DNA of 64,000 nt, taken from assembly GCA_965153455.1 (NCBI GenBank), contig OZ234493.1:24480213-24544212 (forward strand), given 5' to 3'. The stretch is from Sphagnum compactum. Taxonomy: Eukaryota. The notes beneath the pieces are model-generated. The model ran no database searches and was not told the origin of the DNA. It saw nothing but the letters and a program-made list of their open reading frames with translations. Shown in pieces: positions 1-11,500 of the stretch (position 1 is the first letter of the stretch; each line of letters begins with the position of its first letter). The translations under genes were made by a program, and so were the position numbers.

Positions 1-330
1 ACAATTTATTGTGAAATGTCAAAACTTAATGGATTTCCATGCTCTTTCTAGCAAAGAAGGTGTATGCTAAATATTGCCCTTTGGTTGTCAAAATTCATCT
101 TAAATCTACAGAGAGTGAGATTGCTTTGAAAAACCTAAATGCATTATGTGATGTTGGGTTCATTTTGGGGTTACCTTGTATCCTACCTTTCCTTAAGTGT
201 GTGCATACATTGATAAAATTTGCACAAGGTAAGGGTGTGTTTGTTTATAATTTTGTGAACACTATCAAGTTGGCCCAGCAAGAGTTGTTTGAACTTTATT
301 AAGACTCCTTTATTAAGTATGAATATCCAA
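1..330 (+). mobile_element. Degenerate hAT/ZNF862-like transposase fragment
   Basis: Translation WISMLFLAKKVYAKYCPLVV...LCDVGFILGLPCILPFLKCVHTLIKFAQ resembles the (TR)WISML / LL-L-CI-P-L region of ZNF862-like hAT transposases; it is stop-interrupted and lies in AT-rich DNA. Confidence 0.5.
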
Positions 331-2190
331 CAAATTATATTTTTTCCCAAGTTGATATACTCATCTATTTTTACCTTTTGTGGATCAAATTCTAAATTTT
401 TAAGGTCATGGTAGGATTCTAGAATCATGGCACATGGTCTAGAATCTAAATGTTTCTTTATGTTTGTTGCAAAAAAAGGCCAATACTTTCATTTTGTTTC
501 TAAATGATGATTTTGCAATTGATGAAGAAGAGGAATCAGAATTCGATTGATGCAAAGAATAGCAATGATGACTCATGAAGATTCAGGAAGCCAAAGCAAA
601 GAATTTTTTATTAACCTTTATTTTTTATAAATGTGTTTTTTGCCCCACTCGGAGTCCAAAAGTTTTTGAATTTTTATGTTTTTGTTTGTTTTTGAACATG
701 TGTGTTGATTGTGTTTCTAAGAATGATAATGCAACCAAAATATAAAATAGTAAGGTTTATTTTTCCTTTTCTTTTCATGGTTATGGTTTTACCCAAATTT
801 TGAGGTGCATTATCTCTTTAGGGTGCAAGAAAGGCTTGAACTACAATGGGTAGCACACGCTTGGTGGTTGGGGTTCAAATCCCCTTCACTCAATTTAGGA
901 TTTACATCGTCTTCATTCATGTATAGTTCTTATGATTAATAAGTCTAGTTAGAAGATTATTTTTTCAATTTCTCCTTTCCATCCATATGCCTTCTAGGTG
1001 AAAGCATGCTAAAGGTCTGCCACTTTTCACCAAAAAGGGTGATGTATAATGAATATCATAGTATGTAATAAATTAAAATCTTGATGACATCCTTTGGTTA
1101 CTCTAAACATAAGCAAAGAACTTTGGAATTTGCATGACAACATTTTAGAACTTAAAGTTCATTTTGAGTCAATTCTAATGGTTAGATGAAGAGGATTAGA
1201 TGAAATCAATGTGCATAAAATGCATAATTTACATTTTTTTGATGTCCATAAGGCCTCATGTTTGTGATTCATGAAACATTATCAAACAAAAGAAAATTGA
1301 AAAATAATGCAAAGCCATCTATAAAATCTCCACTTCATTCATATGGTAATTTTTTTTCTTTTAAAAAAAGATTATTATGCATTTATTGCTAAAAATGAAA
1401 AAAAAACACATTAAAAAACTTTCAATTTTTAAATGGTCCTAGATTTAATTGATGTATATCAATACCATTGACTATAAAAAAAAATTAATCCAAAAATTTC
1501 ACCTACAATCTAATTTTGAAATATACATGCAATTTTTCAAACTTTATGACGTGCATTATTTTGTTGAACAATTATATTCCATACATTCAAAATTTTCAAT
1601 GTTTTTTAGATTTAAAAAAAAATAATGGACTAACTTAAGTTTAAAGCTAATCAAATATATATAAAATTAAAAGAAATTTCAAAATGTGATATCCATATGT
1701 TACCAAAAAAAATAATTACAAAAATATTTGAACTTGTGACTACAATTTTGGAGGGACTTAATGTGCTTCCACCCTTCCATCCATATGCAATTGTAAAGTT
1801 TATTTTCTATTCCTAAACTTGTAAATTGTGACTTGTATCTTATATTAAGTGGTCACTAGTGAGGCTTACTCAAGTTTACGGTTGCAAAAAGTTTTGCTTG
1901 TATTAGCCTCTAGTTTGTGTTATATACCAAATCTACTCTTTGCAATAACCTTGTAGCCAAATATATGCAGTCTCATGCCAACTCACATGTCATCAATGTT
2001 TTTTGAAAAAATCTCACTTATCATGGCTATAGCCAATATGCAAACAGTTGCAAAATTTGACAATTTGCCAACATTATAGCCACTCTTTGAGAATGGAAAA
2101 AATCGGTCAAAACAGCTCCAACTCAAAAATAAAAATAAAATTAGCCAACTCTGCAAAGTTAACTTTGAGTTGTGTAGCCATAAATGGGGA

Positions 2191-2610
2191 AAACACAGGA
2201 TTAGTGGGCGCTAATCGTAATCCTGGTGTTGTGATTAAGTATTGGAAAAAAAAAACACAGGATTAGTGGGCGCTAATCGTAATCCTGGTATTGTGATTTA
2301 AGTATTGGAAAAAAAACACAGGATTAGTGGGAGCTAATCGTGATCCTGGTGTTGTGATTAAGTATGGAGAAAAACAGAGGATTAGTGGGTGTGGGTTTGT
2401 GTTAATCAAATAATTAAGGAAGGAAGAACAAAGAGTGCAGGATCGATGAGTAAGTAGCTCGGTGTAAAACTGAGGATTAGCTAGCAACTGGGACGCTAAT
2501 TAATCGTGATCGTGACCCAGGATTTTTGATTAAGTATCCAAAAACACAGGATTAGTGGATGTGGGTTTGTGGTAATCAGCCAATTAAGCGAAGAAAATTG
2601 CAGGATTAGC
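2191..2610. repeat. Tandem ~61-62 bp repeats with internal inverted repeat, just 3' of the fucosyltransferase stop
   Basis: ACACAGGATTAGTGGGCGCTAATCGTAATCCTGGTGTTGTGATTAAGTATTGG recurs at 2193, 2255 and 2316, with diverged copies at ~2374 and ~2544. Confidence 0.9.
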
Positions 2611-2681
2611 AGGATGTAGTTTGGATTAGTGTTGTCGGGTCTTGCTGCAGCAGGAACCGCAGCTGTAGCAGCAGCAGCAGC

Positions 2682-5318
2682 TCAGGAGTCGGCGGCGGTG
2701 ATGAGCTGAATCCCAGTCCGGACGTCCTCCACGAGACACTCTTGCAAGTAGGGTGCAAGGCCCACGACGGAGATGTCATTGAACTGGGGATCATGCGGAC
2801 ACTCGAACTTCTTCTGCGGCACATGCTGGCAAGTGTCGATGGTTTGTCCTCGGATGCAAGGAGGACCAGTGGGCTCACCGTAGTCGTCTGGATGATCCAC
2901 AAACCATGGAGGTGTTTGCACAAACCATGGCACCAAAGCGCCGTAGGCGTGCGCAACTCCGCCAAAAGTGGACATGGGAGTGACGACGATGTCGTCGGAG
3001 AAGCTGAGTAGAATAATCTCTACTAGCGCTTGTGCATCTTCCTCTACTGTCCACCCTTGCTGGAATTTTTGTGTCAACTGTACCACTGTCACTTTCTCGC
3101 CGTTTGCGGGCGGGTTTCGTAAGTAGTCTAGGGTTAGAGACTTCTCGAAACTGTCATAGAGAGACGCGATGAACACTGTGGTGCGAATTGGAGCAGTTTC
3201 TGTTGTAGTTTTAGTTGTAGCAGCAGTACTACTGTCTGTAGAAGATGTCGAAGAGGATTGGAGTGATCTATCCGCGATGTTTCTGGGTTGTCGATGTTTG
3301 GATCCGGCAGTTGAGGATGTCTGATTTGTTGTAGTCGTGGTGGTGCTCGCGGAAGTGGTATTGACGACCGGCGGCGGGGGAGGAGGAGGAGGAGCCCCTT
3401 GCTTAGGAAGCAAACCGTTGTCCAAAGTGCACTGCTTGATGCGGGATTCCATTCCGTCGTGCAACCTGTCGAAGGATTCAGGCCCGCGGAAGTAGCGAAT
3501 CTGAACACCCAAGCGCCGATCTGCATGATCGGGTTGCATTGCCTCAACGTTTTCGACTGAGCGCCAGACGATATCTGTAGGGAGCATCAAGCTTCGGAGC
3601 AGATGGGTGAGCACCATCCGAGTGGGAAAGAGAGCCTCTAGCGTCGGCCGGAAGATCGGAATGGAGAACAGCTTGGGGATGAGATACTGACAACCCACTA
3701 AACCCACACACGTCACATTGCTCAAGAATCGCTGCTCCGTGGGACAGTAGAATCGGTTATGGGGTTGGAACTGCGTTAAGTCACTCACATCCGTAGCATA
3801 GATCTCGACGTTGTTGCTGCTGCTGTGCAGTAGCTGCTGCGACTCCTCTTCATCGTCTTCTCTGCTGCCGGCAATTGTTGCAGAAGACTCCAAGAAGACA
3901 TCATCGACAGACTCGAAGAAGGCAGAGCCGGGGCCCAGACCAAGGAGTATCGGATGCGCTAGCTTCCAAGTGGAGCCTTCGAAAGGCTCACACATGACAT
4001 CGCTAAGGAGGCTACCAGAAGGAACGAGCAAGACGCGTTGGGTGAGAACCGCATACAGAAAACACGAAGTGGTGAGCAAGATCTTGTTACCCAAGCCCGA
4101 TCCGGGTGTAGGATCACACATCATGAACTTGCAACCAGTGCTTGTATTCCTGTCATGGAAGTACTGCGCCAGATCCCCAATCCTGGTGGTACAAGTGCGA
4201 TGAAGAATCGTGTACTCTCTGAAGATTAGCTCCCACGCAGGATTGGGCTCTACATCTTTAGCGAATTTTCTTCTGGAATATATTCTTGGTAGCTTCTCTC
4301 GAGAATTGCAAGGATTCCTTTCGTGCCATTCCTTCTTGGCCGCTTCACTCAGAGGTTGTACTGCCTTGCCTCCATTCGCTCTTACTGCAGCTGCTCTTAT
4401 ATCCTTGATCAGACCCTCAACACTTGCAGGCAGCTGCTGCTTCGTGGTGGTAGTACTACTATGATCTGCGCCAGTCGAAGACTTGACGTCCTGCTTCCTA
4501 CTCCTGTTTTCACTACCGTTGTCCTGCATTTTATGATCCATTGCAGCTGCGCCTGCTGCTGCAGGCATCTGATCAACGGAGCCTACAAGTACTAGGCCTG
4601 CTGCAGGCAGCTTTCGATTTGCACCTGGATCATTGTGGATCTGAACTACAGCTGCTGGTAGCTTCGTACTACTATTTGCAGCAGAACCTGCATCGTCCTG
4701 CATCTGAACTGCATGAACCGCTGCCGGCTTTGTCGTACTACTATTGGCAACAGAACCACCATTGACCATCTGGACTGCAGCTTCTGCAGCTGGTGGATCG
4801 AAGGACGTAGCTATATTAGCGCCCCGGGATTCATCAGCTGCGGAACCACCATCATCATCAGCTGCTGCACGCAGCAGTGGCAGCTTCATACTAGTTTTTG
4901 CAACAGCAAGATTCACGGTTGTTGCAGCTGCATGATCATCAGCTGTAACAGCTGGTTTGATTCTAGCTTCATGCAGCAGATGATCCGGCCTGCTGGCCGA
5001 AGTCATGATCGAATCTGCTAAGCCGACAGTAATGTCGAAAACATGTATGGGCTGATGATCAATATGTCGCGCCCCCGCGGCCGAAACCGCGGGATCGACT
5101 GGACTATGGTTCATCGCCTTGATCCATAGCAGCAACAACCAAATGAGCACCGTGCCAAAAACCACAGATTTCCACAAAGTTGAAGATCGGATTGAAACTA
5201 TATTGCGGCCACTTGATATTCTGGTGTGATCCACACCTAGTGCACGCTTGTTTAAAGCTGCCGCCTGCAGTATGGCGGTACTAGCTGCTTCCATGGACAG
5301 TCTCTTGATACGAGGCAT
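2682..5318 (-). CDS. Xyloglucan/galactoside 2-alpha-L-fucosyltransferase-like protein (GT37), 878 aa, intronless CDS
   Basis: Long ORF with an N-terminal TM helix (VVFGTVLIWLLLLWI), giving type II Golgi topology. GT37 motifs: SGLGNKIL...FLYAVLTQRVLLV, CEPFEGSTW, RLGVQIRYF, VFIASL, QALVEIILLSFSDDIVVTPMSTFG-VA. A probable 5'UTR intron has its acceptor near 5344. Confidence 0.9.
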   Translation of the reverse strand: MPRIKRLSMEAASTAILQAAALNKRALGVDHTRISSGRNIVSIRSSTLWKSVVFGTVLIWLLLLWIKAMNHSPVDPAVSAAGARHIDHQPIHVFDITVGLADSIMTSASRPDHLLHEARIKPAVTADDHAAATTVNLAVAKTSMKLPLLRAAADDDGGSAADESRGANIATSFDPPAAEAAVQMVNGGSVANSSTTKPAAVHAVQMQDDAGSAANSSTKLPAAVVQIHNDPGANRKLPAAGLVLVGSVDQMPAAAGAAAMDHKMQDNGSENRSRKQDVKSSTGADHSSTTTTKQQLPASVEGLIKDIRAAAVRANGGKAVQPLSEAAKKEWHERNPCNSREKLPRIYSRRKFAKDVEPNPAWELIFREYTILHRTCTTRIGDLAQYFHDRNTSTGCKFMMCDPTPGSGLGNKILLTTSCFLYAVLTQRVLLVPSGSLLSDVMCEPFEGSTWKLAHPILLGLGPGSAFFESVDDVFLESSATIAGSREDDEEESQQLLHSSSNNVEIYATDVSDLTQFQPHNRFYCPTEQRFLSNVTCVGLVGCQYLIPKLFSIPIFRPTLEALFPTRMVLTHLLRSLMLPTDIVWRSVENVEAMQPDHADRRLGVQIRYFRGPESFDRLHDGMESRIKQCTLDNGLLPKQGAPPPPPPPPVVNTTSASTTTTTTNQTSSTAGSKHRQPRNIADRSLQSSSTSSTDSSTAATTKTTTETAPIRTTVFIASLYDSFEKSLTLDYLRNPPANGEKVTVVQLTQKFQQGWTVEEDAQALVEIILLSFSDDIVVTPMSTFGGVAHAYGALVPWFVQTPPWFVDHPDDYGEPTGPPCIRGQTIDTCQHVPQKKFECPHDPQFNDISVVGLAPYLQECLVEDVRTGIQLITAADS

Positions 5319-5964
5319 TTTTATAACTACTACTGTAAGTCCTCTGCAAAATCAACACAAAAACACACGCACACACCCAAAATCATGGATCATGCACACA
5401 CATATATATCCTCATTGATCTCACACTAGATTCTCCAATACAACAAGGTACATGGACTCTTTGAGAGTCACTCAGGTCTAGAGCTCTACTTTGTATGTTC
5501 AAAATTTCACACAAATCTGACAAATTCTCTCAAAAACCTTCTGTCCAGACTGCCAAAAATCATTACATGTATGTACAAATCCATACAGAAATATATGTAT
5601 GTATTCTGTCGCCTCTCTGTCTCTGTCTGTCCCTCTCTTCGTGATCTTCTTCTTAGACTTCCTACACAAGACATTCTAATTGAAAGTCTTACCCTTCTCC
5701 ACTTACTTTCGGGGGCAATCTGCATGGTTGATTGGAGTGTAGAATGTGAAGATCTAGAAGGCCTCATTGAGACCCATGTGCAGCTGATCCATGAGCTAGT
5801 ACCACACCCACCTTGCAGAGCTTGGGAATACTAGTCTGTGGCGCAGCTGAGGACTAGAGAGAAGAAAATCACATTTCGAAACCAACCCAGAAAAGAAATT
5901 TAAAATTTTAAAGAATTGTTGGATCTCAGGAGCTCCTGGAAGAGCTCATGATCTATCTGCAAGC

Positions 5965-5968
<4 letters not shown>

Positions 5969-6008
<40 letters not shown>
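5969..6008. repeat. (AG)n microsatellite
   Basis: Direct reading of the AG run. Confidence 0.95.
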
Positions 6009-7132
6009 TCACAACAGCTCATGAATGTAGTGATCTAACTCATGCCAAGGTCAATAAATTTAACAACACAAATACATGAGTTTTGATCAAATTTCCCCAC
6101 ACTGGAGTAATTGGAACACTTGTGAAGTGATCAATCTAAAATCCCACACTTTTACCAACCACCCATGATAGAATGTACACCAGAATTTGAATGTAAATAG
6201 AGTAAATATTTTATGATCATCTCTTCTTTATGATGCACATCAAGCAAACAGCTCCCTTTCATGCCATGTTTTTAACTAGTTAGTCATGGCCTGTCATTAA
6301 AGTATTATTCTTAAATTTCTTAAGGCTATTTTGGTCTGCAAGAAATTTGATTCAACCATGCAAAACACAGTACTTGGACCTAGATCCTTGCTTGCTTGCT
6401 TTCTCTCGTCCTTTTCCTTTTAGGTGTATTTTTTGGGGAATTTTTGTGTATGTTGACTTCATGAATTTCATGCACTAAGCTTTTTCCAGCTTGAATCCCA
6501 GAGTGTTGCAACACCAGATTTTCTTTTTTTTTAAAAAATTAGCTTAATTGTTGGTTTTCTACTTAGTACCTATGTTCAACTGAAATCTGTTGTCATGCAT
6601 GTGTGGCCTTCATGACACACACAGGCACATGCATGTCAGATTTCAAAGAGGAATATCATGCCATGATCTTTGAAAATATCAGGCAGATTCTGAGATTTTA
6701 ATTCATTGAACCAGAACTCAGCACTTCATCTACTACATCTAACATCCCATTGGATAGAATCATGGGATGTAGATCAACTCAACAATACTGTTCAATTTGA
6801 CATGTAATTTTTGGCCAACAAAACTTATAATTCTTTTAGACAAGATATATATATATGTCACAGCTCATGAATCTCAATGTTTTTTTTTCTTGTGAAATTT
6901 CCCCATTTGGCGACAAAAAAAAGGGCTGTGAATCCAATAAAGGTTTTTTTTGGGGCGAAAAAATGGTGCAAAGTCTTCATATTTGGAGAGAAAAAAAGGG
7001 TAGAAATCAGCAGATTTAAACCATAGCTTCTACCATGTCCCATGCCAGGTAAAACAAGAGTGGACAAATTTTGTAAGTGTATTTAGAGGGCACCTTACAT
7101 CTGTGAACACACCTCCTAGAAAAGAGGAAAGA

Positions 7133-7220
7133 TCTTACACCTACTCCTTAAGAGCGGGAGGCATCTTACACCTACTTATAGGTGTAAGACACCTCCCATT
7201 CTTAAGGAGTAGTTGTAAGA
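7133..7220. repeat. 88-bp inverted repeat (42-bp arms, 4-nt loop)
   Basis: Left arm TCTTACACCTACTCCTTAAGAGCGGGAGGCATCTTACACCTA versus the reverse complement of the right arm TCTTACAACTACTCCTTAAGAATGGGAGGTGTCTTACACCTA (5 mismatches). Confidence 0.9.
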
Positions 7221-8445
7221 ACCCCCCACCGCGTAAGCCTAGTCAAGTCATGATAACATTGTTTGCTTCATGCTTTAAAATGGTTAAAGCCGAAGGGTGG
7301 GGAACATATCCAAAATTCAAGGCCAGACCCAGCTACAACCTCATCCTAGGCCTCTTTATTTTGCGAATGCCCCCCATGTTGCGGCCTTACCCAATATGTA
7401 AACAACACTTTGAAAAACTTTCCATGATTGAATTTGGAGAACACCTTATATCCATGAATATCCCTAACAGAGGAGGGATAACATTACACCTACTCCTCAA
7501 GAGTGAGAGGGTCCTTAGGGTTTAGGGTTTGGGTCGACCATCTGACAACGGATCTGCATGTAGTGTGTTTTAGTTCCATGAAGCAAGGCAGGGATCTCTA
7601 CCAGAGCCTTTTAAGACTGTAGCTAGCTGAGGAACTTTATGTGTGTGCATAATTTGGAAGGTTTTACACACAAAAGAATCAGCGGGTCACTGGCACTTTC
7701 TCATCAGACCTAGCAAAATTCAAGTTGAATGTACAGTTCCTTTGCAAAATTTGCTCTGCAATAACAATAAAGATAGAAAAATAATAATGGGAAAAGAGTA
7801 ATAGCAATAAAACAAGGAGTAATAGCTATAAAGAGAGAAGAATAATAATGGAAGAAGAATGGTAATAGAAGTAAGAGAAATAAAGTAATAGGGTACAACT
7901 GCCCATTGTCGATCACTACCTTATCACCGATCGCTTCTTTAGATCTGTCATCTGTGCTTCATTTTGAATGATTTAAAATGTTATGGCAGCATTACCTTAA
8001 GCTTGAGAAGTCATCTTTGAAGTGCAAAGGAAAATGAGTAATTAAAAAATAACAAGAAGAAAAATTAAGCTTTCCAACTCACAAAATGAATGCGTTTTTT
8101 TTTTTTCTTTTTGGACCCCTCTTACTTTCAAAGCTGCTCACTTTCTCATTTCTTATTCATTTTAAATGATTTAAAGTGCTATAAAGGTGTCGCCTTCAGT
8201 TTTACAAATCATCCTTTGAACTCTAATAGTGACACAATAACATACAAGCAATTTTTTGGGTGATTGGGTTTTAGGCTTTATAATCTTTGGTGGTTTTGTT
8301 TTTCGAGTTTTTAACTTTCTTTATTTTGGAGGGCCATAACTTTTTCAATTTTAATATGTTGTTTAACAATTTTTGATGCGCCAGATGCGTCAATAGGAGG
8401 GGTTCAAGGTTTGTTTGGACACCAAAAACAATGGAGCCCTCCACT

Positions 8446-8519
8446 TGGATCCCACCTGCCCTGACCGCTCTACCCTAGCAACTGGATCCCACCTGCCCTG
8501 ACCGCTCTACCCTAGCAAC
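8446..8519. repeat. Perfect 37-bp tandem duplication
   Basis: TGGATCCCACCTGCCCTGACCGCTCTACCCTAGCAAC occurs twice in tandem. Confidence 0.95.
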
Positions 8520-11500
8520 AAGAGGAGAAGAGTAGCAGCCCCAACTGTGAAGAAAAACAAGAAGAGCCAATAAGCCAGCCCCATGTAAGAAGAAGAACAA
8601 CAGAAACCAATGAACCAAATTTGGGTTTTCATGTGAAAACTCATCCAGTTCTCTCTTTTTATCAACTTTTTTTTCCAGTTCTGGTTCTCCTAGTTGGTTC
8701 TCACATGGCTGAGAACCTTAAACCCAGTTTTCAGCTCAGTTTTCACCTGGATTATTTCATAGTATAAGCAAGTCAATTGCAATAATTCTGGCCTTCTTGG
8801 AAGGCTGGCTATGGTTGTTTGAGTACTGAATGTGGTTTGCTTCTCTGGTGCCTGACTGATGTGCTTCAGGTGACAGCCAGCAACTCTCATGGTCTGAATT
8901 GGAGCATGACCCCAAAGACATGATGTGAGTTTTGTACTGTTCATGAATTGCTGTCTGTATGTTACAGGTTTATGTTAGGAAAGTCCCATGCAGACAGAGC
9001 CCATGGTCATGTGTTGTTGGCATGTGATGAAGCTGTATAGATTATTATAGTTCAATTCAAGAGTACACATAGAACAGGAAACAGAGTGGAGTATCGTATT
9101 GTGGAGGAGGCAGGCTCACTGGAATCTCTACTTGAACCATGCAAAGTAGAGGAGTCCCTCACATCTTCAGAAGAATTGGGCAACCTGGGCATCAAGCAAG
9201 AGCTTCAAGTGGTGCTAAAAAGTGAGTTGACTTCCCTTCAGATGAGTCTGTGTGTGTGTGTGTGTGTTGTTGAACATTTGTTTTAGGTTTGTCCTTCAGG
9301 TTCTGTGGATAGTGGAGGCAGCGATGTTAGATCCAAAGCCATCACTGTTTGTTATGCCAGTTTGATTTCAAGCTCTTTGTAATTCCATGTGCCGATTGTC
9401 ATTAAAGACCTTTGGAGAACCCTGGGTAATGTCTGTGGAAGTGGGCATCCATGCGCTGATGTTTACACATATTTGGTGTATGTAGGGGTTAGATTTTGAA
9501 CTGATTGTTGATGTGCCTTATTGGTCAGTGTACGGTTTCATCTATGACCTAGAGATGAGGGCCCAGCTTCCACTTCTAGAGATGGACCAGCATGACCTAG
9601 GACATGAGTTTCTCATGAGACCTAAATACAAGTCTTGAATTGTCTTTCTTGAAGTTGAAGAGTTACCCTGCTTTCATTGTCACTACAATTCGTTTCCAAA
9701 ATCCATGTCTATAGCACTAGCCAAGGATACTACTACTGATGAACTCTTTGGGTAGTAAGGGCAGCTCCTCACTGCAATTCATGCACTTCATGGTGAAGGT
9801 CATGGTCTGATACTTTGTGAGTGACTCTCATAAAGTCATGATCTACACTCATTGTTGTGTTACTGTCTGTGTTGTTGTAGAGATTTCTTTGCAATCTCAT
9901 AAGGATGGATATACTTCTACACAACCTTCTGCCTTTCTGCTGAAACTTTGTTGTGCCAACTGGTGTATGCAGGTGAGAGCTATATTCTGGGTATGTGGAG
10001 TATTTGTTGACAAACTAGCCACTAACATGGGGATCCAATATCTGATTTATCACAGGTATCTGAATAAAATGCAGATTGAGTCGAGAGGTGGCAGAGTGCA
10101 GGGGATGGTATGCTCTAGTTTCGGATGCTACCAAGACCCATTGCAAGGATGCAACAACAAATTTTGGTATGTGGTTTCTGCATATCACCTTCACACAATC
10201 TCTTTATATTGGCTAAGTTTCTTGGTTTGGGAATTGGTTGGTTTTGCTGGAAACTAACAGAACAGTTTAGGGTTGAAGCATTATTGTGGAGTTTTTTCTG
10301 CAGATTTCTCAGAGACATTTCCCACAAACAAACTGCCATTTCTGGATTCGTTGGTTCAAAACACAAGATTAGTTTCACCATCATTTTTCTACAACTCAAT
10401 TGTTCAAAGTTGCACTAAGTTTAACATGATGCATGTCATTGTACTTAATAATGGCATAAATGGTGGCAGGCGCTACGTTTGAAGTGCCTTGAAGATTTAA
10501 ATTGTGAACCCTTGTGATCAAAATGAAGGATTTGGTGGAGACCCGCCTTTTACAAACACTACATCAAGAAATTTTGGGTATGTCTCTTCAAGATTAGGAA
10601 TTGATATGCATGGTATGTCCATCATTAGATAATGTAAATACATTTGCGGAAGTTAACTACAATTGGAAAATATGGTTTCAAGTCTTTCAACATGGATATT
10701 GACACAAAAGTATAATGGATTAGCAAAATCTACAATATCGCACTAAGCGAGGATGCTCCATGCTTGTGTGTTAACTTGAGTCAAACCACAAATCATGGGC
10801 AATTAACTTTGAGTTACAAAGCACAAATCTTCTCAATGTTTCTAAAGTTAGTACCATTCTTATGACTTTGTAAACTATTTTAGGGACTTTAAAGAATCAT
10901 AAAATAATCAAACAAATGCAAAAATGGTTTGTATGGATCGAGCTAAGTCCAAATAGACTTTTCAAAATCATAAGTCTTCAACAATTCAAACTCCTAGTTC
11001 TTTGACCCCTTCCCATTTGACAAAGGTTAAACATGATATATTAGCACCAACAAGTTCAGATGTCTAGTAGGGAAGCAACCCAACAACATAGTGTACACCT
11101 CTTGATGTTTTTGATGAGGTTTTTGTTAATTAAAGCCTTGTTCACATGACAATGTACTTCTTGGAATGCAAAGTATAGCTCACCATAATGACATGAGATG
11201 ATCATATATCCTCCTTCAACCTCATGCCCACAAGGATGATTACAAAATACCCTCCAAGCTTCGACCGTATTAAGAAAATGTACATATATATATATATGAA
11301 GATAAACTTTTTTTCAAGTGCCTTTTATTTTGAAGGATTCATTGGATTATTGTGTTTTGAGTCTCCAGGACAAAAGGTTTTTTGCTATGAGTTTGAAGGA
11401 TTAAATACCCATGCAATAGATTATGACCTTTCACTTTTAAACCTTGAGTACCGGTGGTAATTTATTTTTTAATATTCAGAAATTGTATGATTAAGTTTGG

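Noticed and set aside
2191-2400. CRISPR-like appearance of palindromic repeats
   Set aside because: No unique spacers, the whole unit is repeated, the context is eukaryotic and there are no cas genes.
2606-5021. Many overlapping and antisense short ORFs over the fucosyltransferase, and similarly over the DDT, PPR and C2 genes
   Set aside because: Shadow ORFs from GC-rich coding sequence with no recognisable motifs.
10480-11140. Possible WAK/LRK10-type extracellular domain remnant
   Set aside because: Only vague Cys/PF similarity with many stops; it cannot be supported by eye.
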